Below, piece by piece: positions 13,110-24,712 of a DNA stretch of 64,000 bases. Source of the DNA: Calcarisporiella thermophila CBS 279.70 (Eukaryota > Fungi > Calcarisporiellomycota); assembly GCF_041956535.1 (NCBI RefSeq), contig NW_027192201.1, positions 284,060 through 348,059 on the forward strand. Reading direction: 5' to 3'. Below the pieces are notes generated by a model. It did not search any database, had not been told where the DNA came from, and saw only the letters and a program-made list of their open reading frames with translations. The position numbers and the translations under genes are program-made. Each line of letters begins with the position of its first letter. Within the stretch, counting starts at the first letter, position 1.

Positions 13110-15033
13110 TCATACTTGATGATGTTCTTCCTTTTCTTCTTCCACGTCCAAAAATTTCCGCACCGCTAATCCTTCTGGCAAATATTCTTGTAATTTTGGT
13201 TGGTATCCATGATCAGGAGGGTATATATATTCGCTTCCATATCCAAGGTCTTTCATCAATTTAGTAGGAGCATTGCGGAGATATATTGGTACAGGAAGAG
13301 ACGGGCAAGAAGCAACGGCCTCTTTTGCACGAGCCAAGGCTTTATATCTGTAAAATGCAAATTAGACATCCTTCTAAAAAGAATGAAACGGAGGGATCAT
13401 AAAATAAGATATTACATGCGTACGCTCTTTTTCGTTTGCGAAAGATAAACAACACAGTGCGCTAGTACCACATCGCACTCGGGCATACCGATTTGATGAC
13501 AGGCTTGAAAGGTCGAATTTGCCTATATCTCACCATTAAAACTCTGCTTAACATTTCTATTCAGAGCGACCTTACTAAAGTTAATGCGAAATTATCTGCT
13601 AGTCCCACATCTTCAGATGCAAAACGTATTAATCTATATGCAAAGTGAATATAATGGGCGAGTTTTAATGGAGTCTTTGATAAACACCCATTACTATTCC
13701 TCACCTTCTAGCGATGTAGAGTGGGTCTTCTCCACCCATCAGCATTCGGGTGAGCCAATAGAGCGCCGCATCCGCATCTCCCCCGCGCATGCTTTTATGC
13801 AGAGCACTGATAAGATTGTAATGCTCCTCCCCGCTCTGGTCATAGAGTAGATGCGTTTTCTGGAAAGCTTTCCGCACGCTTTCGTTGGATAAACGGCTAT
13901 TTTCTGTACTTGCGAGAGAGGTGAGAGCCATCTCGAGCGCATTTAACGCAGTCCTTGCTATACGTTTAGAAATAGGTTGACAAGAAACTACTTTATATGC
14001 CTTGCTAAACTTTCACTTACCATCACCATCGCTCATGACTGAAAGCCATTTTAACGCCTCTTCCTCTTCTAAAGCCCGTGCCACTGCCACTAGCATTGCA
14101 TTCGATCGTGAACCCATTTCCGCCTCACCTTCAGACTCCTCAATTTCATTCCTAATTATGATTCCGTTATCCTCTCTCCAAACAGTGATAGCCCGTTTTA
14201 AAATAGTCTCCACTGCACTTGTATCTAGCTTTTCTAATACAAAAACTCTACATCTACTTAATAATGCCGAAGTTAACTTGAAGCTTGGGTTCTCTGTCGT
14301 TGCTCCGACGAGCGTCACTGTTCCCCGTTCAACCCAAGGTAGTAGAACATCCTGTTGCGCACGATTGAAGCGATGTATTTCATCAAGAAAGAGAAGGGTG
14401 CGTCTCTTTGTCCGCTGGGCCTCTTCAAATATTTTCTTGACATCTGTCGTTGAATTTGAGACAGCAGTCATCTCATGGATTTGTGCATGTGTATGGTGGG
14501 CTATTATCCGTGCCAGAGTCGTCTTCCCTGTTCCAGGCGGACCCCAAAAAATCAGGGAAGGGACTCTATCTTGTTCAATTAGTGTACGGAGAATGGCACC
14601 TTGACCCAAGAGATTCTCCTGTCCCACAAAGTCATCGAGTGATTTCGGGCGAACTTCAAAAAAAAAAAATGATTGAAAATTAATGATCAAATTCGCACTT
14701 TTCGACCGGCAATACCTCTCTCAGCCAATGGAGCTCTGTTCTTTGCAGTACTCATGCGTTTAGTTTGATATGATGTATTAAAGTTTTCAGAATGATTCGT
14801 CATTTGATAATCATTTATGTCGTCCCATTCTCGTTTCAAACGAAGGGAACTGAACGTATCGACATGCTTATAAAAAAAAAAACATTTTAGTGCATCTCCA
14901 CTTTCGAGCCTATAGGGTCGGAAATATAAAGGGCTACCTGCGAAGAAGAGCCCTGATTATACCCAGTATCACTCGTGAAGGCGTTTGGTTTGCCTCTGAA
15001 ACCCATAAAATCTTCTATGGCCCTCTGTGACAT
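13110..15033 (-). CDS. MGS1: WRNIP1/Mgs1 AAA+ ATPase (MgsA family)
   Basis: APLAER|[88 protein letters not shown]. Confidence 0.96.
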
Positions 15034-15248
15034 CGTGGGCTACGCGACTCTCTCGAAAATATAAAAAAACTATATATCCTGCCAAATTTCCTGGAATTGT
15101 CATTAATCGTGACTTCCAACTGAGTTGCAGAAAGCTCTTAAATGATTACGTCACCGAGCAAAAAATTTTTGTTGTCAGTAGAGAAAAGCCCAAACAAAGC
15201 GTGGTTCTCTCTTTTTTTCCTCCTCTTTTCCGCGATTGATTAATGCAA

Positions 15249-16456
15249 ATGGCTGGCACGTAAGTTTTCGCTCATGTTCATCGGGACCTTCTCAAGACGG
15301 GCCCTATCTACATTCCATGAATAGACAAGTGCAGTTGATTAATGGATGATCGTTTTATTAGCACTGTCGCGACCGCTGAACAGGTTCAGATCCCTGAAAC
15401 CCTGCTCAAGAAACGCAAGGCCCAGGACAAGCAGAATGCTGAGCAAGTTGCCTCTTTTGTCGAAAAGAAGAAGGTGAGTCTTGGAATAGTGATGAGCACG
15501 GAAACAAAAACATTTGAGAAGTTGTGATGAAACTTGGTCCTTTCGGACCGCAAACCGTAAACTAGCTTTTGCGATGCTGTTACAAAAAATACCATCTTTC
15601 GGGGCTGATGCTTCTTTTTTTTGTTCTTCTGCTCATGAATTGCAATTTTTGTTATTAACCTTATGCTCAACTGATGAATTATTTGAATGCTAGGCTGCTC
15701 TTCAAAAACGCCGCGAGATCTTCAAGCGCGCCGAGAAATATCAGCGTGAGTACCAATCCGCTGAGCGCAGCGAGATCCGTCTTCGCCGTCAGGCTAAGGC
15801 CCAGGGCAACTTCTATGTGCCCCCCGAAGCTAAACTTGCCTTTGTTGTCCGTATCAAGGGGTAAGTTAGGGATTAATTTTTATGTTTGTAATTTGTTTTG
15901 TTCATTCAATCTCCCTCTCTCAGTATCAACAAGATCTCGCCCAAGCCCCGCAAGATCCTCCAACTTCTTCGTCTCCTTCAGATCAACAACGGTGTGTTCG
16001 TGAAGTTGAACAAGGCTACCATCAACATGCTCCAGCGCGTTGAGGTATGTGCCTAATCTTGGTCCCATCCATAGTGCCTCTGATATTTATTTTGTTCTCC
16101 TTATTCCTCTTTGTTAGCCTTACATTGCTTGGGGATACCCCAATCTCAAGACAGTGCGTGAGCTTGTCTACAAGCGCGGCTTTGCCAAGGTCAACCGTCA
16201 GCGCATCCCTATCTCCGACAACGCTATCATTGAACAGCACCTCGGTGCCCATGGTATCATCTGCGTGGAGGATTTAATCCATGAGATTTTCACCGTTGGC
16301 CCGCATTTCAAGGAGGCAAGCAACTTCCTGTGGCCATTCAAGCTTAGCAACCCAACTGGTGGCTGGCGCACACGCAAATTCCGCCACTTCGTTGAGGGAG
16401 GAGACTTTGGAAATCGCGAGGACAAGATCAACGCGCTTGTGCGCCAGATGAACTAA
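15249..16456 (+). CDS. RPL7: 60S ribosomal protein L7 (uL30), 5 exons
   Basis: [25 protein letters not shown]|[66 protein letters not shown]. Confidence 0.98.
15518..15614 (+). ncRNA. Intronic box C/D snoRNA, predicted guide for LSU rRNA Gm805-equivalent (snR39B/SNORD2-like)
   Basis: In RPL7 intron 2 (15474-15693): C box GTGATGA 15524-15530, D box CTGA 15605-15608, terminal stem GAAGT/GCTTC, and 13-nt ACCATCTTTCGGG complementary to conserved LSU CCCGAAAGAUGGU. Confidence 0.85.
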
Positions 16457-17153
16457 GCTTGCGAGTACGCTGGTGAATTTTCATTATCCTTTTTCTTGAA
16501 CTTTTTTCTAATAAAAAAGTGGAAAATAAAACATTTAAAAAAAATTCCATGTTTTGTTACGAATATCGTTCTCAACCATCCAAAGCGTGGGGAGCGTGGG
16601 GAGCGTGTGGGGCTTGTAAGGAATTGTCTTCTGGTGCATTCTAACTGTGTATGGTAGATAGGCAATTTGGTCTGCCTCTTACTTAAAATGATATCAATGG
16701 CCGAGTTTTTAAATTTCCCGACCTTTTCAAAATAAATAATCGCCGGCCAAAACACTTAGGATTTCATTTTTCCAAAACGGAACTGAAATAATAAAATGAA
16801 AATTCACCCTACAAATTTTTAGGACCTTTTTTTTCTCCCTTACCCTCTCTTCATCATTCCTTACCCTTGTTTCCTCATTCTTCCTTCTCCTCTCTTTTAA
16901 TTCTTCCCCTCCTTCCTTCCCCTCTTCCTTCGGTTCCCTCTTAGTCACTCATTTAATTCATTGGCTCTGAAAGAATTGTGTTTCTCTGAAGGTTGTAGCA
17001 CACTGTTTCTGGGAGATAGCAACAGAGCACGAACTTACAACGGCCTCAGAGAGAACACCTCAAAGTAAGGAAGAAAAAGTACTGCACACGTTTCCCCCAT
17101 TTACTTAACGCATTTGGTTGTTTGAAAAGGGTTTTCTCAAGCAGCGCAATACA

Positions 17154-20114
17154 ATGAGCCCTCCGCACGCATATACTTGCACAACGCCCTCCTTGAAAAA
17201 GTTTGTCACCAATTTGGGACCTGAATGCCCACCAACTCCTCCAAACGAACACTGCTTTGAAGGCCCTCCTCCTCCTCCTCCACACCGATATACGCATATT
17301 CACTCGAGCGGTCCACCGACTCCTTCTACTCTCAAACTGGACGAAGAACAGCACACCCCTTATTCGAAGCAGGGATCAGCAAAGCCATCCGTGAGATGGC
17401 TTTCGCGCTGGCGCTCGCCTCAGACCATGCCAGATTTATCGGCGCTACGGAAGCATTATCCAGTGATTGATGAAGACATCCGCGCGATCACCCAACTATT
17501 CGAGGCCCATTCCCAAAAGAAATATATGAGCGGCTTTCTTAATCGACGCACAGGATATATGGCAGATGGGAGACCATGCCGATACGCAGAGTGGGAGGGA
17601 TGCTATGCTGAACTTAGTGGTTCGGTGCTTACCATCTGGGATGTGTGCGATGTGACTGACGCATCTCAATTTATGCCACCTAAATATATCAACATTGCTG
17701 ATGCCACCGCACAGATCCTTGCATCGAACTTCATCGATAGCCGACAAAACATTTTCACCCTTAACACCGCAGGCGTCAATCAATATTTGTTCGAGGGACC
17801 CGACGCAGCATCAGTAAACCAATGGGTATGCGCAATTCGGCTATCATGTTTTGAAGGAGCACGGCTTCATGAACTCTATACCGGAGCCATTGTGTTGAGG
17901 CAACCTTCCTCCGGAAAGAGAACGCCAGCGGATAAACCCACGAAATTCACTGGCTATTTACAAGTTCGTTTCGCAGGATCGACAGAGTGGCAGCGCTACT
18001 GGGTAGTAGTGCCCGATCGTGGCAAGGACGTCTGGCAAAAGGAAACACAGTGTTTGTTCTACGCCCATAAGGGGGATAAACTACCTGCCGTGAAGATGGT
18101 CCGCGTCTATCAAGCATATGCAATCTTTCCAGAGAAGGCGGACCTCATTGAGCGATGTAGCATTCACAAGGTGGAGGGGTCGCTCGTGTCGTCCAAGTCG
18201 CCCTTTGCAAAGCCTGGTCCCCCCACCTATGCGCTGTTAATGGCAGATACCTCCATCGAAATGGTCAAGTCGCTCACCGCGTTTCGAAATGCTTTCAGGC
18301 TACAGGATTCACACGTTGCTCCGCATAAGGATCGACTATTTCTCGATCTTAAAAATGTAGAGCACGTCCCAATGGTTAACGAGACGCTTGCAAGTACCAA
18401 GCAGATTTTCTCGGCCATACTTGAGCAACATGATGTTGAAGGGCGCCGGCCGTCACTAACATTCTCGGAGCACTCCGCTAACCATATTCCGTTCGGTTCA
18501 ATGGGAATGAAGAGCACGTGCAAGACTCCGCTTCGCATTCTTCGTCGAATCTTTGGCCCGTCACCAAGAATGTTCTTTGACGAGGTGGAGTTCGTGGATG
18601 CCATGGTGGAACGCGACGGTTGCGGCATGGAAGAGAACTTCCGTAATCTCACTCTTGGTTCCGCTGTGAATGCCCTAGAATCGCATCCGCTGAAGCCTCT
18701 GCCGGATATTCCTCCAAGTCTGGGGGCGAATGCAACAGAACCCTTGACCAATGCGGATGCAAGATCGATCGAGTCACGCCCACCTAAGATTGAATTGGAC
18801 ATGCCATTTGAGTCAGAAGTGACGAGAGAGGAGAACACCGAGGAGACACCTCCTCTCAAGCGTCTGAATCTGCGGAGATTGTGCCGCGCGGCCCGTATCT
18901 TGGACATGACGCCGGAGGAGATGGTGGGTGTCACCGATGTTGACACAGAGGCCGAGATGGAAATCCCGAAAGAGCCCCTTCCGACGTTGCCCATGATCGA
19001 GGAGGAGGAATCCGAGGAGGAGTCGAGCACTTCAGAGGACGAGAATTCAGATGCAACGGTGGAGACGGTTAATCCACCCCCCAAAATAGATGTGTTGCCG
19101 GAGGATTTGGGCAGATTTGATGTGAGCATCTCGCTTCCCCCCTCCGTCCCCACCACACCCGTCCTCCAGGCTCGCAAGGACAAACCTAAACTTCTCCCCA
19201 TACCTTCCGATTCGGACACAACCGATGTGGAAAATGGCCAAAAAATCTCGGATAGCGAGGATGATAAATGCTTGGCCCAACTACGGGCCTCTTTCCGTAG
19301 CACGGCCAAATCGAGTGCGGGCAGTTTGGGGCCTGGCAGTGCTCGTGGTAACTTGCGTAAGAAGCGTTCTGGATACTCCTCCTCCTCCATAAGTCTTATC
19401 GAACCGATGCCGCACCCCTCCGGCCGAGTGCGCGCACGAAGAGTAAGCGATGAATCGCTCGATCGATGGAGAGAGCGATCATTGGAGTCAAGCAGACGCT
19501 CCGGAAAGCACCACGAGGCTAGACCGAGTAGCGGCGGGCCTCCGCGTAATCTCAGGCGCATGAGACATGGTTCGATGTGGGATTCGGAAGAGAGATCGGC
19601 ACGTCGGATGTCCGTATCCACGGAGCAAGGAGGAAGAGCTAGTAAGCCGCCAGAGCCTCGGAGGGGAGGCCAATCACGACATGGAGGGGCCAGTGCGAAT
19701 GGTGCAGAGAAACGATATCACGATCGTCGCAAAAGTGGAGGCGATTCTGGCGCAGGGGGCCGTTCCGTCAAGCACCACCAAAAGAGATCGGAGACCATCT
19801 CGTATAGCAATAACATAGGCAATAATGGCACTGGAGAGGTATTGAATGGGAATTCGGCTGTGTCTCTCCAGCCATCCCAAATACAACCCCAACCTATGCA
19901 AAATCAGCCTATGCAGAATCAACCTATGCAGGGACAGCCAATGCAAGGAGCAACCATGATGCAGGGTCCAATGCCCATGGTAGCTATGGTGCCGGCAACA
20001 TATGGCGGCTTCGGGATGTTTACTTCAGCTCAGCCCATCTTCACCCCTCAAGCTTTCAACCCCGGAGTCAATGCTATGCCTATATCTATGAATAATGGTT
20101 ATGGAGGGATGTAA
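17154..20114 (+). CDS. Caf120/Skg3-like PH-domain protein with long disordered C-terminus
   Basis: Uninterrupted ORF of about 986 aa; PH-like KKYMSGFL..W..CYAELSGSVLTIWD, FTLNTAGVNQYLF, WVCAIRLSCFEGARLHELYTG, GYLQVRFAGSTEWQRYWVVV, QAYAIFPE. Confidence 0.75.
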   Translation: MSPPHAYTCTTPSLKKFVTNLGPECPPTPPNEHCFEGPPPPPPHRYTHIHSSGPPTPSTLKLDEEQHTPYSKQGSAKPSVRWLSRWRSPQTMPDLSALRKHYPVIDEDIRAITQLFEAHSQKKYMSGFLNRRTGYMADGRPCRYAEWEGCYAELSGSVLTIWDVCDVTDASQFMPPKYINIADATAQILASNFIDSRQNIFTLNTAGVNQYLFEGPDAASVNQWVCAIRLSCFEGARLHELYTGAIVLRQPSSGKRTPADKPTKFTGYLQVRFAGSTEWQRYWVVVPDRGKDVWQKETQCLFYAHKGDKLPAVKMVRVYQAYAIFPEKADLIERCSIHKVEGSLVSSKSPFAKPGPPTYALLMADTSIEMVKSLTAFRNAFRLQDSHVAPHKDRLFLDLKNVEHVPMVNETLASTKQIFSAILEQHDVEGRRPSLTFSEHSANHIPFGSMGMKSTCKTPLRILRRIFGPSPRMFFDEVEFVDAMVERDGCGMEENFRNLTLGSAVNALESHPLKPLPDIPPSLGANATEPLTNADARSIESRPPKIELDMPFESEVTREENTEETPPLKRLNLRRLCRAARILDMTPEEMVGVTDVDTEAEMEIPKEPLPTLPMIEEEESEEESSTSEDENSDATVETVNPPPKIDVLPEDLGRFDVSISLPPSVPTTPVLQARKDKPKLLPIPSDSDTTDVENGQKISDSEDDKCLAQLRASFRSTAKSSAGSLGPGSARGNLRKKRSGYSSSSISLIEPMPHPSGRVRARRVSDESLDRWRERSLESSRRSGKHHEARPSSGGPPRNLRRMRHGSMWDSEERSARRMSVSTEQGGRASKPPEPRRGGQSRHGGASANGAEKRYHDRRKSGGDSGAGGRSVKHHQKRSETISYSNNIGNNGTGEVLNGNSAVSLQPSQIQPQPMQNQPMQNQPMQGQPMQGATMMQGPMPMVAMVPATYGGFGMFTSAQPIFTPQAFNPGVNAMPISMNNGYGGM
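19888..19947 (+). repeat. Coding pentapeptide tandem repeat (QPMQN/QPMQG x4)
   Basis: QPMQNQPMQNQPMQGQPMQG in the C-terminus of the Caf120-like protein. Confidence 0.8.
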
Positions 20115-22644
20115 GGAGAAAAAACAAAAATAGACTGGAACCAGGCCCATGTTGTATTCGGCCCAAGCCGATGCGTTGTTTTTTTTCTCTATTGTAGAAA
20201 CAGGAATTCTTTATTTTTTTATTCCTTTTGCTCCTTTGTTTTACTTTCTTGTAGAAATTCTATTTTGCACTTATTCAGTCGACCTTTTTTTTCTTTCTTA
20301 CATTTCTTGCTCCTAAAATCCACGCAGCCCATAACCGCATGTATTACCTTTATGTGTGCATGTAATTCTGTTTTTTCGGAATTATAAAATATTATACTTT
20401 ATCCTCTAACCTATTCCTCGCTCCCAGCCAATTTCCTCTTCCTGTATCCCTCAAACAGTGTTAGAAATGGCATGTTCCGTCTATTGGACTACTACTCGTC
20501 TCTGAGTTGAAAAAAGTCATTTGCGCTACATTTTTCGCTAGATGTAAAACTCATGCCCTCGTCGGATTATTTATAGGCAAGCCTATCCAATACTCTCCTA
20601 AAAAGAAAGCCAAGATGACAAGAATTGAACACAATCTATCCCGTGTAACCTTCACGCTGGTTAAGGCGGTTATAGCGCAGCAGCCACCCGATTGATAAAT
20701 ATCGGTGGTACCAATTCCCCTGGATTGCGGCTGCTGTGCTTTTAATATTTCTTTATAGATTCATCTTGTTTAGGTATGACTTCCGACCCATGATAATTTT
20801 TTTTTCTCCACCTCAGCAGGAACCACTGCCAAGCGTGTAAAGGCTGTTACAACCCTTTTGTTTCAGGTATTTATGCTAGAGCAGCCACCCGATAGAAGTA
20901 TATCACGTATTTGTAGATGTCCTGTATTTTACATTCTGTTTATCTCTCGTTCACTCTTGTGCACAACAGATACCAATGTGTTGCGTTTCACCAAATTGGA
21001 GCCATAGACTTTCCTAAAGCTCATTGAGTCAGTCTTGTAGTTCAATTTTCCTTCGCAATTTCAAATTGATAAGCAGATGGTCTGTTAGATCTATAGCATC
21101 GCGTTGGACAAAGTAGAGTCTTTTAGTCGAGGCTAATTTCCCCGTCTGGTTCTACTAGATTCCCTGATCATAAGTCCGCCTTCGATCAACCACTATAGTA
21201 ATGCTCCCATTTCGAATTGAGCAGGATGGATGCGGGAATTTTCCTGTGCTGAGGCAAAGAATCCTTCTAGGATCAGGTTGGTGCTTGCAGATAAGTTAGC
21301 TGGATACACCTGTTTCCTGGGTGAGAGTTCACGCTTTGCCCCTTCCTATTCTCCCCCTTTCCCCCTTCCTCCGAGGTGCGTCTCGCTTCAAATAGGCCTG
21401 CCATGGAATCGATCCTTTCCTCTATCGACTACCAAAAGACATTATATATATATGCACACACCCTATTTATAAACATATACAAATACACACATGTATATAT
21501 TTCTACTATTTATTGAGAAAATACGGTTCAATATCCCATGCCAGAAGATTTAAATTATGCTTTGAATGGAAGCCATTCATGCTCCCTTACTCCCATAAGA
21601 GGAGGAAGGAAGCTTTCGCTCTTCCTGCTCTCGGTAGACGAGTGCAAGCCCAATTTTTGCTTCTCGGGTTTTCTTCCCGGCCGATGTTCCGCCTGAGTTT
21701 ACCGAGTGCCAATCATTCTAAGGCCAAAGTTTAACCCTAATTAGGTTCGAGTGTGCATGTGCACACCTGAGCAACTTGCAATCAATGCTTGAGAAAGTTG
21801 TGGTTTTTAGGTGGAACATCCTATTGTGTGGCATGGGTGAAAATTGGATAGCCAACAGTAAGAATTAAATGCATGCTGTTGGCCAACGAGTCCAACGAGA
21901 ATAATCAGTAAATTTTACTGATTATTCTCGTCAGTAGAATTGGCTGAGCCCTCTAAATTCTATTCAGTCGAGCTTAACGCTGCCACGTTCACAGTGAATG
22001 CGCACCTTTAGAGGTGGACTCGTTGTCTTGTAAGGCGCGCACTTCCCAGCAACCTACTTTTTATTGATAAACTCAGTGCAATTCGACCAGACGAAGCCGC
22101 ATTTCTGCCAAGAATCTTGTGTGTACATGCCGCATTCGCTTCTAAACGGCGCTAGTTTGACCTGGGTTGTGTAAAGGAAACAGAAGTGGGCTTCTTTCTA
22201 CTCTCCCCCTTCTGGAATTTTGCTTTGTCCCTCTCGATTTTGCTCTCCGCTTGAATATTTGTCTTCACTTTGCTAATCACTATTCCAAAACGTTACAGAG
22301 GTTAAGGTTTGTCGTCACAAGACACCCAGTATGAATGAGCACAAACCATATTCCTTTAGAACTTTTTCATTTCAACGATAGCTACAAGCCTCTCCTAAAT
22401 GGACAAAGTAGGATGACCTGGAGATATAAATATCTGCATTTCCAGTGCTTGTATTAATTCTTGGATTCGTTTTCGTTCTCATTTTTGTTTTCTCCCACTT
22501 TTTTTTTCTCACAATTGTTCTTGGTCGTTCTCCTGCCCCAGAGATTTTTTTCTCTCTCTTCTCTTTGCACTGTATTGAATTCAATTCCTAATCCACCTCC
22601 AAGAAACTCCACTCCTATACCCCCAGTAAGATAAAAAAGGAACC

Positions 22645-24712
22645 ATGGTGGGCCACGAAGAAGAGAAACACTCGGTGGGAAAGAGCTTCTACAACCAAGA
22701 ATTAGACCATGCACTTTCCAATAAGTCCACGGGACAGCGAATTGTGTCTCGCCTGTTCGCACGCAAAGACTTCGCTCGCCTTAGAGATGAAACAAGCGAC
22801 GATGCAAATACTTTAAGGCGTGCTCTAACTGCCTTCGATTTGACCGCCATTGGTATTGGTGGTATTATCGGTGGAGGTATTTTCGTTCTGGGAGGTCTCG
22901 CGGCAGAGCTCTACGCTGGACCCTCAGTTATGGTAAGAAAAGAAATAGTTTCCACTTTGGCCTTCCATACAGGAAGCTTACTCTGATTGGATCCGTTTTT
23001 GAAAAGATTTCATTTGTTGTGGCTGCTATTGCTGCGTCTTTCGCGGCGCTCAGTTACTCGGAAATGGCTTGTATGTAAATTTTTCATTGGCTAAGCTTAA
23101 TGTGACTGTTCTAATCCTCCTCGATCCATTTCTAGGTATGATTCCTGTGTCGGGTAGTGCATATACATATGCATACGCAACCATGGGAGAGTTCCTTGCT
23201 TGGATTATCGGTAATTCTGTCTGTTTGAATCTCCTCTGGAGACTATCTATACTCAATCTATTGCTTTCTTGGATCGGGGCGATTAGGTTGGGATCTTATT
23301 GTCGAGTATTTGTTTGGAGCAGCAAGTGTGTGTGTCTCATGGAGCAAATACTTCGTCGCCTTCCTGAAGCTCTGCGGGGCCAGTGTTGACGAGAGGTTCA
23401 CAAATCCTCCCATCAAATTCAAAGAGACCGCGAATGGAGACGCTCAATTCATCGTGACTGGAGACTACATGAATCTTCCTGGATTCTTTATGGCTGTGTG
23501 CGTAACCATTATCTTGTGTTTGGGTATCCGCGAATCGAAGCTTGCAAACAACATTTTTGTCTCTGTGAAGATCTTTGTCGTGCTTCTCTTCATTTTTGCC
23601 GCCTCAAAATGGGTCAATCCCAATAATTGGGACCCTTTGTTCCCACCCAGAATTGATGATAACGTAAATCACAGCCCCCATTGCCCCCTTCAAATATACC
23701 TTTTTTTAACTAATTTTCTACCTTAACATGCCTCATTCTAGTGGCGTCATTATGGAGTCACCGGTATGTTTGCAGCTGCCCAGGTCGTCTTCTTCGCTTA
23801 TATTGGATTCGACGCAGTATCGACCGCAGGTCAAGAATCGAAAAATCCGCAACGTGATCTGCCTATCGGAATCATGGGGTCTCTGGTGATTTGCACCATC
23901 CTCTATGTTTTGTTTACACTGGTATTGACTGGGTTAGTCCCTTACACCGAATTCAAAACCGATGTAACGGCGCCTATTGTAACTGCCCTTGGACCTACCG
24001 GCCAAAATTGGCTAACCGTAAGTCGGCCAACGCTTCCTTGTGGCTGGTTATTTCTCCAGCTTATCCTATATTCCTTCTAGATCATTGTTACTCTCGGTGC
24101 TTGCATTGGTCTCACCTCCGTCATTCTCATCATGATGCTCGGCCAATCGCGTATCTTCTACTCGATTGCGCATGATGGTCTCCTCCCCACCGCTTTCGCC
24201 AAGGTTCACCCGCGATTCAAAACCCCTTTGATCCCCACCATTGTTACTGGCACCATCTGTTCGCTTCTCGGTGGCTTCCTTCCCGTGGATTTGCTTGCCA
24301 ATATGACAAGTGTAGGCACCCTGCTTGCATTCTTCCTGGTGCACATTGGTATCATTCTCTTGCGGTTCACACGTCCTGACGAACCTCGCCGCTTCAAGAT
24401 CCCTGGGCCAGGTTTCACTTGGATGATCTTCCCTATTTTGGGCTGCGCTATCAGTATCTTATTAATTGCTCTTGCCGACAGAGGGTATGTATATGGGGGC
24501 ATGCCTATTTCATTCCTTCCCTAATATTGATGCTCGGATGCTAACCTCTTCAATCTTGCTCTCCTGGAAACAGAACCATTTATCGTGTATTTATTTGGAT
24601 GGGACTTGGCATTCTCATCTATATCTTCTATGGCTACAAGCATAGCAGAATGTTCAATCGTAAACAAGACGAACTTCTACAAGAGCTCGACAAGCAGGCC
24701 AAGCCTATTTAA
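22645..24712 (+). CDS. APC-superfamily amino acid permease (CAT/YfnA-like), multi-exon
   Basis: LRRALTAFDLTAIGIGGIIGGGIFVL, YSEMA|MIPVSGSAYTYAYATMGE, VFFAYIGFDAVSTAGQESKNPQRDLPIGI, GQSRIFYSIAHDGLLP, SVGTLLAF. Confidence 0.93.

Noticed and set aside
16585-16613. GCGTGGGGA tandem repeat after RPL7
   Set aside because: Only about 3 short units with no spacers; not CRISPR or telomeric.
18227-19621. 464-aa antisense ORF
   Set aside because: Shadow of the Caf120-like CDS; low complexity with no motifs.
21240-21330. AACCTGATCC on the minus strand resembling a TPP riboswitch core
   Set aside because: Lacks the CTGAGA and GGATAATGCC/CGTAGG elements, and there is no thiamine gene context.
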